Shown here one piece after another: positions 37,050 through 46,325 of a stretch of DNA of 64,000 bases. Source of the stretch: Bacilli bacterium (GTDB lineage Bacteria; Bacillota_I; Bacilli_A; RF39; UBA660). Both the position numbers and the translations under genes were made by a program. Every line of letters starts with the position of its first letter. Positions within the stretch are counted from its first letter, which is position 1. The stretch is from positions 18,069 to 82,068 of the forward strand of contig JAFRUZ010000007.1 in the NCBI GenBank assembly GCA_017438635.1, given 5' to 3'. The notes beneath the pieces are model-generated. The model saw nothing but the letters and a program-made list of their open reading frames with translations. It was not told the origin of the DNA and ran no database searches.

Positions 37050-37793
37050 ATGAAAAGTAATAAAAAAACATTAATAAATGTTCTAATACTATTTCTTGTT
37101 TTAATTCCTGTTATAGGATACAAAATATTTACAATTGTAAACTATAGTATTCCAGATAATGAAAAAGAAAATGTTACTGAGATAAAGAAAACAGTAGAAA
37201 ATATCAAAAACGTGCACTTAACCCATAAAGATTATAGCGGAAAATATTTAACATACAAAGGTATAAACGTAGCAAAAATTACTAGCAATCTAACGATGAT
37301 GTCTACAAATAAGAATTCTAATACATATAAGAATCAGTCTAACGATATTTATTTAACTCTTGGAACTGAAGACAATGAAATTGAAAAATTTAAAAAAATT
37401 AAAAACGATTGCCATTTTTGCAAAAGTACAATAGATAAGATTATTAATACTAACAATCTAGAATCTAGTAGTGATGTTTTAAACTATATAAAAGAATACC
37501 AATTTAGTTATAATAGTAGCATTATAACAAGCGCTAGCAAAATAAAAGAAGATTATATCGTGGGAACTTATCTATTATCTAATTTTGATAATATATATGA
37601 AATAATGTTTATAGAAGGCAAATATCAAGGATATTTGTATTCAACTAATAGTAAAAGCAATCCAGATTATCATGAGTATAAGGTGGTAATAGAAGAAAAC
37701 GATACCAATTATTTTATAGAAGTTAGGACTACAGATGACTCAGTAAAATTAGAGGATATGTATGATTTGATAAGTACTATGAAAATAGAATAA
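37050..37793 (+). CDS. hypothetical membrane-anchored/secreted protein
   Basis: RBS is GAAGGAGG. The N-terminal hydrophobic helix is LINVLILFLVLIPVIGY. The 247-aa protein is Asn/Lys/Tyr-rich and I recognise no family. Confidence 0.5.
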   Translation: MKSNKKTLINVLILFLVLIPVIGYKIFTIVNYSIPDNEKENVTEIKKTVENIKNVHLTHKDYSGKYLTYKGINVAKITSNLTMMSTNKNSNTYKNQSNDIYLTLGTEDNEIEKFKKIKNDCHFCKSTIDKIINTNNLESSSDVLNYIKEYQFSYNSSIITSASKIKEDYIVGTYLLSNFDNIYEIMFIEGKYQGYLYSTNSKSNPDYHEYKVVIEENDTNYFIEVRTTDDSVKLEDMYDLISTMKIE

Positions 37794-37811
37794 AAAATTA
37801 TTCTATTTTTT
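37786..37811 (+). terminator. rho-independent terminator
   Basis: The hairpin TAGAATAA-AAAA-TTATTCTA is followed by TTTTTT and overlaps the stop codon. Confidence 0.55.
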
Positions 37812-38001
37812 GTCTTTTTTTATACTCTTTTGTCGAAACTATAGAAATTATATAAACATTAATATATAATTCTATTGGTGATTATATGAATAGAGAAAAT
37901 TTAGTGTTTCTTTTCAATAACATAATTAACAATACTAAAACTATAAAGAATAACTATGAAAGCAGTATTTTAAAAATAAATCGTTAGTATGTCAGTATTA
38001 A

Positions 38002-38030
38002 TTGACAAAATACGATTTTTTTTTTAGAAT
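38002..38030 (+). promoter_or_regulatory. sigma-A-like promoter candidate for gpsB/rnpB
   Basis: TTGACA (38002-38007), a 17-nt spacer, then TAGAAT (38025-38030). Confidence 0.4.
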
Positions 38031-38053
38031 ATATATGAAGGTTGGTGATATAT

Positions 38054-38383
38054 ATGAACCAAGACTTGAATTTAACACAAGATGATATATTAGAAAAAGA
38101 GTTCAAAATTGATACTAGAGGATATCGCTTAAAAGAAGTTGATCAATTTTTAGATTTAATTATTGCTGATTATGGTACATTTCTTGATGTGATTAAAAAA
38201 CAAGAATTAGAAAAGGATAGGCTTACTGAAGAAATAATTAAATTAAAAAAACAACTTCGCGATGCAAATGTTAACATGGAAATAGCAAAGGCATCTGGTA
38301 GTACTAGTGCCCCTGTTAACAACGTTGATATTTTGAAAAGAATATCTAACCTAGAACAAGTTATTTTTGGAAAAGATGAATAA
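38054..38383 (+). CDS. gpsB: cell-cycle protein GpsB (DivIVA-domain)
   Basis: DILEKEFKIDTRGYRLKEVDQFLDLII.DY is the DivIVA/GpsB N-terminal domain. The size (109 aa) and position next to recU-ponA and rnpB match Bacillus. Confidence 0.8.
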   Translation: MNQDLNLTQDDILEKEFKIDTRGYRLKEVDQFLDLIIADYGTFLDVIKKQELEKDRLTEEIIKLKKQLRDANVNMEIAKASGSTSAPVNNVDILKRISNLEQVIFGKDE

Positions 38384-38393
38384 TATATAATAG

Positions 38394-38736
38394 TAACATT
38401 TAGGCAAACGCTGCAAACTTGTTTTGTAGAGGAAAGTCCATGCTCACAAAAGCTGCGATGCTTTTAACGATTGTGCTAAGGGAAAAAATAACCTTAGGTA
38501 GAGAAATCTAACGGCTTTGAAATGACCTAAGCTTCGGTATGGTCAAAGTAGATATAAAAGTGCCATAGTGACGATGCCTATTAGAAATAATAGGAGTGGA
38601 ACGAGGTAAACCCCACAAGTGAGAAACCCAAATTATGGTAGGGGAACTTTGATAGGGAATTGAACCAATTCAAGGATCGCAAGATAGATAAATGTTTGCC
38701 ACCTTTAAGGTACAGAACATGGCTTATTAAATGTTA
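38394..38736 (+). ncRNA. rnpB: RNase P RNA, type B (Firmicute type)
   Basis: Universal elements are present: GAGGAAAGTCCATGCTC, AGTGCCATAGTGACGA, GGTAAACCCC, GAGAAACCCAAAT and ACAGAACATGGCTTA. P1 is closed by TAACATTTA (38394-38402) pairing with TAAATGTTA (38728-38736), followed by a T-run. It is collinear with the B. subtilis rnpB sequence as I recall it. Confidence 0.85.
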
Positions 38737-38761
38737 TTTTTTATTTTATAGAGGTGTTTTA

Positions 38762-39196
38762 ATGAAAGAAATTGGAGAACAGTTTAAAGAGAAAAGAGAA
38801 GAGATAGGAATAACTATTGAAGAAGTATCTAACGACTTAAGTAGAGATGTAATAGTAATTCAAAATCTGGAAAATGGTAACCATAAAGTATTTAGAGATA
38901 TACTAGATTTAAAAGATATGGTTAGGATATATGCTAAGTATTTGGGATTAGATGATGAAAAACTTTTAGAAGAACTAGACGACTTTATATTTGAGAAAAC
39001 TTCAAAAATAAGTGCAATTGATGTAGAAAACAAATTAAAAGAAGAACAAGAAAAGAAAAAAGATGATAAAAAGATTCATACCCCATATACATTAGAACTA
39101 AAGAATCAAAAAGATTTTACAGTAGTTGTAATTATAATAATAATAGTATTCTTACTTGCATTATTTTACATACTACTTAAAATATTATTTTCATAG
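38762..39196 (+). CDS. short RodZ-like protein (HTH domain plus single TM)
   Basis: ATG at 38762 follows AGAGGTG. The N-terminal Xre-type HTH is IGEQFKEKREEIGITIEEVSNDL and there is a C-terminal TM helix. The position upstream of pgsA matches ymfM/rodZ in Bacillus. The track start at 38660 lies inside rnpB. Confidence 0.55.
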   Translation: MKEIGEQFKEKREEIGITIEEVSNDLSRDVIVIQNLENGNHKVFRDILDLKDMVRIYAKYLGLDDEKLLEELDDFIFEKTSKISAIDVENKLKEEQEKKKDDKKIHTPYTLELKNQKDFTVVVIIIIIVFLLALFYILLKILFS

Positions 39197-39205
39197 GAGG
39201 TTTAT

Positions 39206-39820
39206 ATGAAATTAAATTTACCAACTCGTTTAACATTTTTAAGATTAGGGCTTGCAGTTTTAATAATAGTTTTGTTAATATTTCCATTTTACAGAATAGG
39301 ATTTGAATTTAAAACATTTTTATTTCACAATATCTTAATAGATGTAAGATATATCATGTGTGGAGTTATATTTATAATTGCTTCATTTACAGATTATTTA
39401 GATGGATATTTTGCTAGAAAGAATAATGAAATAACTGATTTTGGAAAGTTTACTGATGCAGTAGCAGATAAAGTATTAGTAAACTCAGCATTAATAATTT
39501 TTGCTTCTCAAGGATTTATACCTGCAGCAGTACCTGTAATAATTATTGTAAGAGATATCGTTGTAGATGCAATAAGAATGAATGTTGCAACAAAAGGAAC
39601 AGTACAAGCTGCTAGAATGAGTGGGAAAATAAAAACAGCATGTTTAATGATAGGAATAGTTCTTACATTCTTTTATAATTTACCGTTTGAATTATTAGGC
39701 TTACAGATATCAAAATTTTTCTTATATTTTGGAACAATAATGTCATTGATATCTATGTATGAATATTACACTTTAAACAAAAAATTATTATTTTCTGAAT
39801 TTGAAACAAAAAAACAATAA
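39206..39820 (+). CDS. pgsA: CDP-diacylglycerol--glycerol-3-phosphate 3-phosphatidyltransferase
   Basis: DYLDGYFARK....T.FGKF.D..ADK is the CDP-alcohol phosphatidyltransferase motif. The protein is 204 aa. Confidence 0.88.
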   Translation: MKLNLPTRLTFLRLGLAVLIIVLLIFPFYRIGFEFKTFLFHNILIDVRYIMCGVIFIIASFTDYLDGYFARKNNEITDFGKFTDAVADKVLVNSALIIFASQGFIPAAVPVIIIVRDIVVDAIRMNVATKGTVQAARMSGKIKTACLMIGIVLTFFYNLPFELLGLQISKFFLYFGTIMSLISMYEYYTLNKKLLFSEFETKKQ

Positions 39821-39910
39821 TAAAAATATATAAATAAAATCCCTTGAAATATAGCATTTCTACATAGGGATTTTTTATTTTCCACTGGTTTTGTCAAGCA
39901 AAAAATAAAA

Positions 39911-39924
39911 CAAACAAATGTTTG
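39911..39924. promoter_or_regulatory. possible LexA (Cheo-box-like) operator upstream of recA
   Basis: The palindrome CAAACAAATGTTTG contains AAAC-N4-GTTT versus the Firmicute consensus GAAC-N4-GTTC. It sits 10 nt upstream of the recA -35 element. Confidence 0.3.
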
Positions 39925-39933
39925 AAAAAAGTA

Positions 39934-39962
39934 TTGACACAGTAAAAAATATAGTGTATGAT
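39934..39962 (+). promoter_or_regulatory. sigma-A-like promoter candidate for recA
   Basis: TTGACA (39934-39939), a 17-nt spacer ending in TG, then TATGAT (39957-39962). Confidence 0.45.
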
Positions 39963-39987
39963 TAATACAGATAGGGAGGAAAATACA

Positions 39988-40995
39988 ATGGCAAAAAAAG
40001 AAATAAAACACGATAAAACATTAGACCAAGTTTTAGCGGATATCGAAAAACAATTTGGAAAAGGATCTATAATGAAACTTGGAGAAAACGCACATATGGA
40101 GATAGAAACTACATCAAGTGGATCAATTGCCCTTGATTTAGCTTTAGGCGTAAATGGTTTTCCAAAAGGAAGAATAATAGAAATATTTGGACCTGAGTCA
40201 AGTGGTAAAACAACAGTTGCTCTTCACGCAATTGCAGAGGTTCAAAAAAATGGTGGAAGAGCAGCGTTTATAGATGCAGAACACGCACTTGATCCAGTAT
40301 ATGCTAAAAGACTTGGAGTTAATATAGATGAACTATTGATATCACAACCAGATACTGGTGAGCAAGCCCTTGAAATATGTGAAGCTCTAGTTAGGAGTGA
40401 AGCAGTAGATATAGTAGTAATAGATTCTGTTGCAGCACTAGTACCTAAAGCAGAAATTGAAGGTGAAATGGGAGATTCACATGTAGGTCTTCAAGCAAGA
40501 CTTATGTCTCAAGCATTAAGAAAACTTTCAGGAACAGTTAATAAAACAAAAACTACATGTATATTTATTAATCAATTACGTGAAAAAGTAGGTATCATGT
40601 TTGGAAATCCAGAAACCACACCAGGAGGAAGAGCACTTAAATTTTATTCAACAATTAGACTTGATGTAAGACGCGGTGAACAGTTAAAAACTAGTGATAG
40701 TGTAATTGGGAATAAAACAGTTATCAAAGTAGTAAAAAATAAAGTAGCCCCACCATTTAAAACAGCAGTAGTAGAAATAATGTATGGGCTTGGAATATCA
40801 AAAGAAAGTGAAATTATTGATTTGGCAGCAGAAGCTGGAATTCTTGATAAAAGTGGTGCTTGGTATTCATATAATGGAGAAAAAATAGGCCAAGGAAAAG
40901 AAAATGTTAAAGCATTATTAAAAGAAAACAAAAAATTATGTGATGAACTAGAAGAAAAAGTAAGAGCTTATTATACTGATAAAAATAGGGACTAA
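39988..40995 (+). CDS. recA: recombinase RecA
   Basis: [30 protein letters not shown] and NQLREKVG are RecA motifs. ATG at 39988 follows GGGAGGA. Confidence 0.95.
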   Translation: MAKKEIKHDKTLDQVLADIEKQFGKGSIMKLGENAHMEIETTSSGSIALDLALGVNGFPKGRIIEIFGPESSGKTTVALHAIAEVQKNGGRAAFIDAEHALDPVYAKRLGVNIDELLISQPDTGEQALEICEALVRSEAVDIVVIDSVAALVPKAEIEGEMGDSHVGLQARLMSQALRKLSGTVNKTKTTCIFINQLREKVGIMFGNPETTPGGRALKFYSTIRLDVRRGEQLKTSDSVIGNKTVIKVVKNKVAPPFKTAVVEIMYGLGISKESEIIDLAAEAGILDKSGAWYSYNGEKIGQGKENVKALLKENKKLCDELEEKVRAYYTDKNRD

Positions 40996-41007
40996 TAGTC
41001 CTTTTTG
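40987..41007 (+). terminator. short hairpin terminator after recA
   Basis: AGGGACT-AAT-AGTCCTT is followed by TTT and overlaps the stop codon. The stem is short. Confidence 0.4.
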
Positions 41008-41034
41008 CTTGCAACTAAAGGGATTCTATTTATA

Positions 41035-41063
41035 TTGACAATTTTGTCATTTAAACTTAAAAT
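41035..41063 (+). promoter_or_regulatory. sigma-A-like promoter candidate for rny
   Basis: TTGACA (41035-41040), a 17-nt spacer, then TAAAAT (41058-41063). Confidence 0.4.
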
Positions 41064-41108
41064 AAGAGTAGCACTATTAATTTAGTGCAAAAATAAATGG
41101 AGGTAAAA

Positions 41109-42662
41109 ATGAACAAAACACTATTCTCCATTTTACTTGTCATAATTGGATTAGTTGTGGGAATATTATTAACTTTCTTAATTAATCATTTTAGAGTTAA
41201 TAATGCGCAATCTAAAATAAAAAAATTAAATGAAAAAGCACAAAAAGAAGCTGAAAAAGTAAAAAGAGATATGCTTTTTGAAGCTAAAGAAGAAGCTCAC
41301 AAATTAAAAATGGATCTTGATAAAGAATTAAAAGAAAAAAAAGCAGAAATGAAAGAATCAGAAAATCGTCTTATTCAAAGAGAACAAAATATGGATAAGC
41401 GTGATGAGAATTATCAAAAAAGAGAAAAATTCTTAGATGAACGTGAAGAAAAACTACAAGAAAAGATCAATAAAATTCAAAATGATCAAGCTGAAATGGA
41501 AAAATTAAAACAAGAACAAATTGAATTGCTTTCTAAAATAAGTGGACTTGATAAACAAAAAGCACATGATTTAATTATGAAGAAAGTAGAAGAAGAAATG
41601 AATATTGAAATTGCAACATACATTAAAGAACGTGAAGATGAAGCCAAACTTAACATGGATAAAGAAGCAAAAGAAATGCTTGTTAGTTGCATGCAAAGAT
41701 TTTCTTCTGAAGTGAGTAACGAACAAACAGTATCTACTATAGAACTTCCAAATAATGAAATGAAAGGAAGAATAATTGGTAGAGAAGGAAGAAACATCAG
41801 AACGATTGAAGCTATTACAGGAGTAGATTTAATAATAGACGATACTCCAGAAGCAATAGTTATATCATCGTTTGATCCTCTTCGTAGAGAAATAGCAAAA
41901 ATTACAATTGAAACACTAATAAAAGATGGAAGAATTCATCCTACTAGAATTGAAGAAGTATATGACAAAACAGTTAGAGACATGAAAGAAAAAGTAATTG
42001 AAATAGGTAATAATGCTTTATTCGAACTTGGACTTACTAAAGTTGATAATGAACTTATTGAAACAATAGGTAAACTTCACTTTAGAACAAGTTATGGTCA
42101 AAATGCTTTAGCACATTCAATTGAAGTAGCACACTTAACAGGAGTTATGGCTGCAGAACTCGGAGAAAATGTAATGCTTGCTAAAAGAGCTGGTTTATTA
42201 CACGATATAGGAAAAGCAATAGACCATGAAGTAGAAGGTAGTCATGTAGATATCGGAGTAGATATAGCTAAAAAATACAAAGAACATGAAGTTGTAGTTA
42301 ACTCAATTGCTTCACATCACGGTGATACACCTGCAACAAGTGTTATAGCTACTCTTGTACAAATTGCAGATAGTCTATCAGCTTCAAGACCTGGGGCTAG
42401 AAATGATTCATTAGAAAACTATATTAAGAGACTAGAACAATTAGAAAATATCTCTAAAGAAATAAAAGGTGTAGAAAAGAGTTATGCACTTCAAGCAGGT
42501 AGAGAATTACGTGTTTTAGTAAAACCTGAAGAAATTAATGATATTGAAATTCACAAGACAGCAAGAGAAATAAAAGAAAGAATAGAAAATGAAATGCAAT
42601 ATCCTGGAACTATAAAAGTTACAGTTGTTCGTGAAACAAGAGCTACTGAAGAAGCCAAATAG
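41109..42662 (+). CDS. rny: ribonuclease Y
   Basis: It has an N-terminal TM helix, a Lys/Glu coiled coil, a KH domain (GRIIGREGRNIR) and an HD domain (LLHDIGKA). ATG at 41109 follows GGAGG. Confidence 0.92.
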   Translation: MNKTLFSILLVIIGLVVGILLTFLINHFRVNNAQSKIKKLNEKAQKEAEKVKRDMLFEAKEEAHKLKMDLDKELKEKKAEMKESENRLIQREQNMDKRDENYQKREKFLDEREEKLQEKINKIQNDQAEMEKLKQEQIELLSKISGLDKQKAHDLIMKKVEEEMNIEIATYIKEREDEAKLNMDKEAKEMLVSCMQRFSSEVSNEQTVSTIELPNNEMKGRIIGREGRNIRTIEAITGVDLIIDDTPEAIVISSFDPLRREIAKITIETLIKDGRIHPTRIEEVYDKTVRDMKEKVIEIGNNALFELGLTKVDNELIETIGKLHFRTSYGQNALAHSIEVAHLTGVMAAELGENVMLAKRAGLLHDIGKAIDHEVEGSHVDIGVDIAKKYKEHEVVVNSIASHHGDTPATSVIATLVQIADSLSASRPGARNDSLENYIKRLEQLENISKEIKGVEKSYALQAGRELRVLVKPEEINDIEIHKTAREIKERIENEMQYPGTIKVTVVRETRATEEAK

Positions 42663-42676
42663 GCTTCTTTTTTTTG
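42649..42676 (+). terminator. rho-independent terminator after rny
   Basis: The hairpin AAGAAGCC-AAATA-GGCTTCTT is followed by TTTTTT. Confidence 0.65.
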
Positions 42677-42691
42677 TATAAAAAAAGAGAC

Positions 42692-43624
42692 TTACGCAGC
42701 CTCTATATAAATATTCTTATTATAATTGTGCTTTTCTACATTAAGCTTTTTTAATTCCTTATTATCAATAAGCAAGAATAGTTTTTCTAATTTGTTAGAG
42801 CCATCTGACATTATTGGATCATCCCAAGTTAAATCAAGATGTAACCACTTGTTATTTACTTTTACTAAATTCCAAATATGTGATTCACTAGCAATTTTAT
42901 AATTATCTATTCCCATCTTTTCTAAAAATATAGCCATGGCATCAGCATAAGCACCACATAATCCATATCCATCAATTAAAATACTATTTGCCTTACTATA
43001 TGGTTTTTCACTATTTTTCTTTCTTATACTATCAGTAGCATATTTACCATGATTAATTATATAATTATGAATAACTTCAATTTTTTGTTTATTTGTCATA
43101 TTACTTTTAATTCTGTTCTTTATAATCTTATCCACTTTAGCATCTATTAAAGCAATATCATTTTGAGAGTAAACTTTATTTATTACTAATTTTATTTCTC
43201 CATACTCATCATATGAAATACTAACATTATCAAATGAATTATAAGGATGAACAAAGTTATTAACATGAGATAAAGTCTCTTTATTATTCATTAATGCATT
43301 TACATCTTCAATACAGGTTGCATAACTATCATCACAGTAAAAAGTAAATTTCTCAACACCACTATTAACAACAGTATAGAAAATGTTCAATAAATGTTTC
43401 TTGTTTTTTACAATAAAATCATCTGTGTTTTGAACATATTTATAATTTCTGTTTTTGTAATATTGATTCTTTTCTAATTTTATATTTTCCTTTACTTTCA
43501 AGATATGCTCTCTATAATACATATATATTTCATCCTGATAACGGTCACCAAGATAATAGCATATACTGATAACAACACAACTTATAATAAGTGCAGTCAA
43601 TATCACCTTTAAAAATCTTTTCAT
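42692..43624 (-). CDS. membrane-anchored transglutaminase-like (cysteine protease fold) protein
   Basis: It has an N-terminal TM helix. The Cys-His-Asp core is GLCGAYADA ... SHIWNLV ... HLDLTWDD. Confidence 0.7.
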   Translation of the reverse strand: MKRFLKVILTALIISCVVISICYYLGDRYQDEIYMYYREHILKVKENIKLEKNQYYKNRNYKYVQNTDDFIVKNKKHLLNIFYTVVNSGVEKFTFYCDDSYATCIEDVNALMNNKETLSHVNNFVHPYNSFDNVSISYDEYGEIKLVINKVYSQNDIALIDAKVDKIIKNRIKSNMTNKQKIEVIHNYIINHGKYATDSIRKKNSEKPYSKANSILIDGYGLCGAYADAMAIFLEKMGIDNYKIASESHIWNLVKVNNKWLHLDLTWDDPIMSDGSNKLEKLFLLIDNKELKKLNVEKHNYNKNIYIEAA

Positions 43625-43670
43625 TCAATCACCAGCCTTATTTTACCAAAAAAAAATAAAGTAATCAATA

Positions 43671-43934
43671 TTACTTTATACTATTAATAGCTTTATTTAA
43701 TTTAGATTTGTCTCTAGCAGCTTTGTTTTTCTTGATTAAACCATGTTTAACAGCTTTATCAATCTTCTTATTAGCAAGACTTAATTGTTCTTCTGCTAGT
43801 TTTTTATCTCCGTTTTTTGCAGCTAATTTAACATTTTTAATTGCAGTTCTCATAGCCGCAACTTTTTCTCTATTTCTATCTTTCTTTACCGCATCAGTTT
43901 TTACTCTTTTTTTAGCACTTTTAATATTTGGCAT
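43671..43934 (-). CDS. rpsT: 30S ribosomal protein S20
   Basis: MPNIKSAKKRVK... is the S20 N-terminus. The protein is 87 aa and highly basic. Confidence 0.92.
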   Translation of the reverse strand: MPNIKSAKKRVKTDAVKKDRNREKVAAMRTAIKNVKLAAKNGDKKLAEEQLSLANKKIDKAVKHGLIKKNKAARDKSKLNKAINSIK

Positions 43935-44072
43935 TTTCTCACCTCACTTTTATAACAATTTAAATTCTAACAAAAAATCGCTAAAAAATCAAATAAAATA
44001 AGCACTTTTCTGCTTTTTTTTGAATTTTTGTATCAATTTCTCCTAAAAAAGTACACTAATAAAGGTGATAAT

Positions 44073-45104
44073 ATGAAAGAAGTAGACTTATCAAAATATG
44101 AAATAAGAACAGATTTAGTAGTTGATCTTATAGAAAAAAGCCCTTCCTTCGAAACAAAAACAGTTATTGATGACATAACAATTAGCAATATAAAACTTGA
44201 TGAAAGAAATAGTAAAGAATTAAACAAAGAAAAAGGAGATTATACAACAATTTATTTTAAAGACATTACAGATACTAGTAATTATGAAAAAGTTTTAGAA
44301 GTGACGACTAATGAGTTATCAAAAATGCTAAAAAACAGCAAAATAAAAGATGAATATTTCTGCTTAATAATTGGGCTTGGTAATGAAAAAAGTACTGCAG
44401 ATGAACTTGGAGTAACAACTGCTAAAAAAGTAATTGTAACTAAACATATATATGACCTTACAGGAACTCTAGAAGAAGGCTATAGGGTAACTGCATGTCT
44501 AATACCTGGAGTAATGGGAACTACGGGAATAGAAACAAGTGATGTTATATCATCAGTAATAGAAAAAGTAAAACCAGATTTTATAATAGCAATAGATGCT
44601 TTAGCAAGTGATTCAATAGATAGATTACTAAAAACAATACAAATAACAAATACAGGTATAAACCCAGGAAGTGGAGTCGGTAACAATAGAAAAGAAATAT
44701 CAGAAAAGGTCTTTAACATACCTGTAATAGCTATAGGAGTTCCAACAGTAGTAGAAGCATCAACAATTGTTAATGACACATTAAACTATATGAAAAAAAG
44801 TTTTAGTTATAATATAAAAAATAAAAATAAATCATCTGACAAACTAATTCCAACGAGTAATATTAATTACTTAAAAAACAACCCATATACATTATCAAAA
44901 GAAGAATCTAAAGTATTTTTAGGAATTCTCGGAGATTTAACTGACTATGAGAAAAAAGTATTTATAAAAGATATACTTAATCCTATAGGATATGATTTAA
45001 TAGTGACTCCAAAAGAAATAGATTTTATCGTACAAAAATTAACTGATTTAATATCTAGTGCAATAAATAATTGTATACATAACATATCGACAAAAAAAGT
45101 ATAA
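44073..45104 (+). CDS. gpr: germination protease (GPR endopeptidase)
   Basis: IRTDLVVD, LIIGLGN, PGVMGTTGIETSD, PDFIIAIDALA, TGINPGSGVGN.R and PVIAIGVPTVV are collinear with B. subtilis Gpr. ATG at 44073 follows AAGGTGA. Confidence 0.88.
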   Translation: MKEVDLSKYEIRTDLVVDLIEKSPSFETKTVIDDITISNIKLDERNSKELNKEKGDYTTIYFKDITDTSNYEKVLEVTTNELSKMLKNSKIKDEYFCLIIGLGNEKSTADELGVTTAKKVIVTKHIYDLTGTLEEGYRVTACLIPGVMGTTGIETSDVISSVIEKVKPDFIIAIDALASDSIDRLLKTIQITNTGINPGSGVGNNRKEISEKVFNIPVIAIGVPTVVEASTIVNDTLNYMKKSFSYNIKNKNKSSDKLIPTSNINYLKNNPYTLSKEESKVFLGILGDLTDYEKKVFIKDILNPIGYDLIVTPKEIDFIVQKLTDLISSAINNCIHNISTKKV

Positions 45105-45134
45105 GCAATATCTTATATTAATCATGGTGATTAT

Positions 45135-45965
45135 ATGAATAGAGCTAAAACTATTTTTTGTCTTTTCTTATTTGTTTTATCATTTTTATATGCAAAAGAT
45201 TTACCCAATGACAATTTTATAGATTTTATTTTAAAAGATAATAAAACAATACCAATAATTGAACGAATATCTAATAAAAGAATAAACAATCCAGTTAGTT
45301 TTTTAGATTTGAGTAACAAAACCATAATCAAAGAAAATAATAGTAAAGAACAAAAGGTTGAGAAAGAAGAATCACCAATTATTTATATTTTTAACACTCA
45401 TCAAACAGAAGAGTATGCAAAAAGTGCTTATAACATAACTCCTACAGTGGTGACGGTAAGCAACATATTAAAAGAAGAACTGAGTGAATTAGGAATTCCT
45501 TCCATAGTAGAAACTAAAGATGTAATCAAAGAAGTTAATAAAAGAGGCTATGATTACTCAGGTACTTATACAGTAAGTTTTGAAAATTTAAAACTTAGAA
45601 AAAAGCAGAACAGTTCACTTAAATACTACTTTGATATGCATAGAGATTCTGTAACAGGAAGTGCCTCTAGAACAACAATAAATAATAAAAAATACGCTAC
45701 AATTATGTTCTTGATAGGTGCCAATCATGAAGATTATCAAAAAAACTTAAATAACGTAAAAATAATGGAAAAGTATTTAAAAAAGAATTATCCAGGATTA
45801 GTTAGAGAGACATATATACAAAAAAACTGGACATATAATCAGTGGTATAGTTCAAGAATGTTTTTAGTAGAACTTGGAGGTCCTGATAACACCCTAGAGG
45901 AAATATACAATACCACTATAGCTTTGGCACATTCTATAAAATACTATATGGAGGTAGACAAATGA
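45135..45965 (+). CDS. spoIIP: stage II sporulation protein P
   Basis: IYIFNTHQTEEY and YFDMHRDS are SpoIIP signatures. The position directly after gpr matches Bacillus. Confidence 0.85.
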   Translation: MNRAKTIFCLFLFVLSFLYAKDLPNDNFIDFILKDNKTIPIIERISNKRINNPVSFLDLSNKTIIKENNSKEQKVEKEESPIIYIFNTHQTEEYAKSAYNITPTVVTVSNILKEELSELGIPSIVETKDVIKEVNKRGYDYSGTYTVSFENLKLRKKQNSSLKYYFDMHRDSVTGSASRTTINNKKYATIMFLIGANHEDYQKNLNNVKIMEKYLKKNYPGLVRETYIQKNWTYNQWYSSRMFLVELGGPDNTLEEIYNTTIALAHSIKYYMEVDK

Positions 45966-46279
45966 AAAAGTTTATTTTAGTATTCATATTATCTCTGTTT
46001 ACATTTTATGTAATTCTATTATTAGCACAGTCACAAGGCTATTATAAAACAAGAAGTGAAAAAGCAAAAATATTAACAGATGAACAAATAGAAAAATTTG
46101 AAAAAGATGTACAAAATGGCAAAAATATAGATATAACTGAATATACGATATACAAGGATAAAGACTATACAAATGATATTAGTACTAATATATACAAAGT
46201 ATCTCTAAAACTTGAAACAGTAGTGGATAAAACAATAAAACTAATATTCAATAGTGCTTCTCGTGCGGTAAGTGATTAG
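45962..46279 (+). CDS. small membrane protein, YqxA-like by position
   Basis: The ATG overlaps the spoIIP stop (ATGA). It has an N-terminal TM helix and is about 105 aa. The call rests mainly on synteny (gpr-spoIIP-yqxA in B. subtilis). Confidence 0.35.
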   Translation: MKKFILVFILSLFTFYVILLLAQSQGYYKTRSEKAKILTDEQIEKFEKDVQNGKNIDITEYTIYKDKDYTNDISTNIYKVSLKLETVVDKTIKLIFNSASRAVSD

Positions 46280-46325
46280 ACTTTAAAAAATAAATATATT
46301 ATGTTATTATTTAAATGGTGGTACT

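Noticed and set aside
37831-37837. Perfect Spo0A-box heptamers (TGTCGAA at 37831 and TTCGACA at 23816), considered as evidence for direct Spo0A control.
   Set aside because: At this base composition, about 5-6 occurrences of the heptamer are expected by chance on the two strands of 64 kb. They are mentioned only as context and not called as features.
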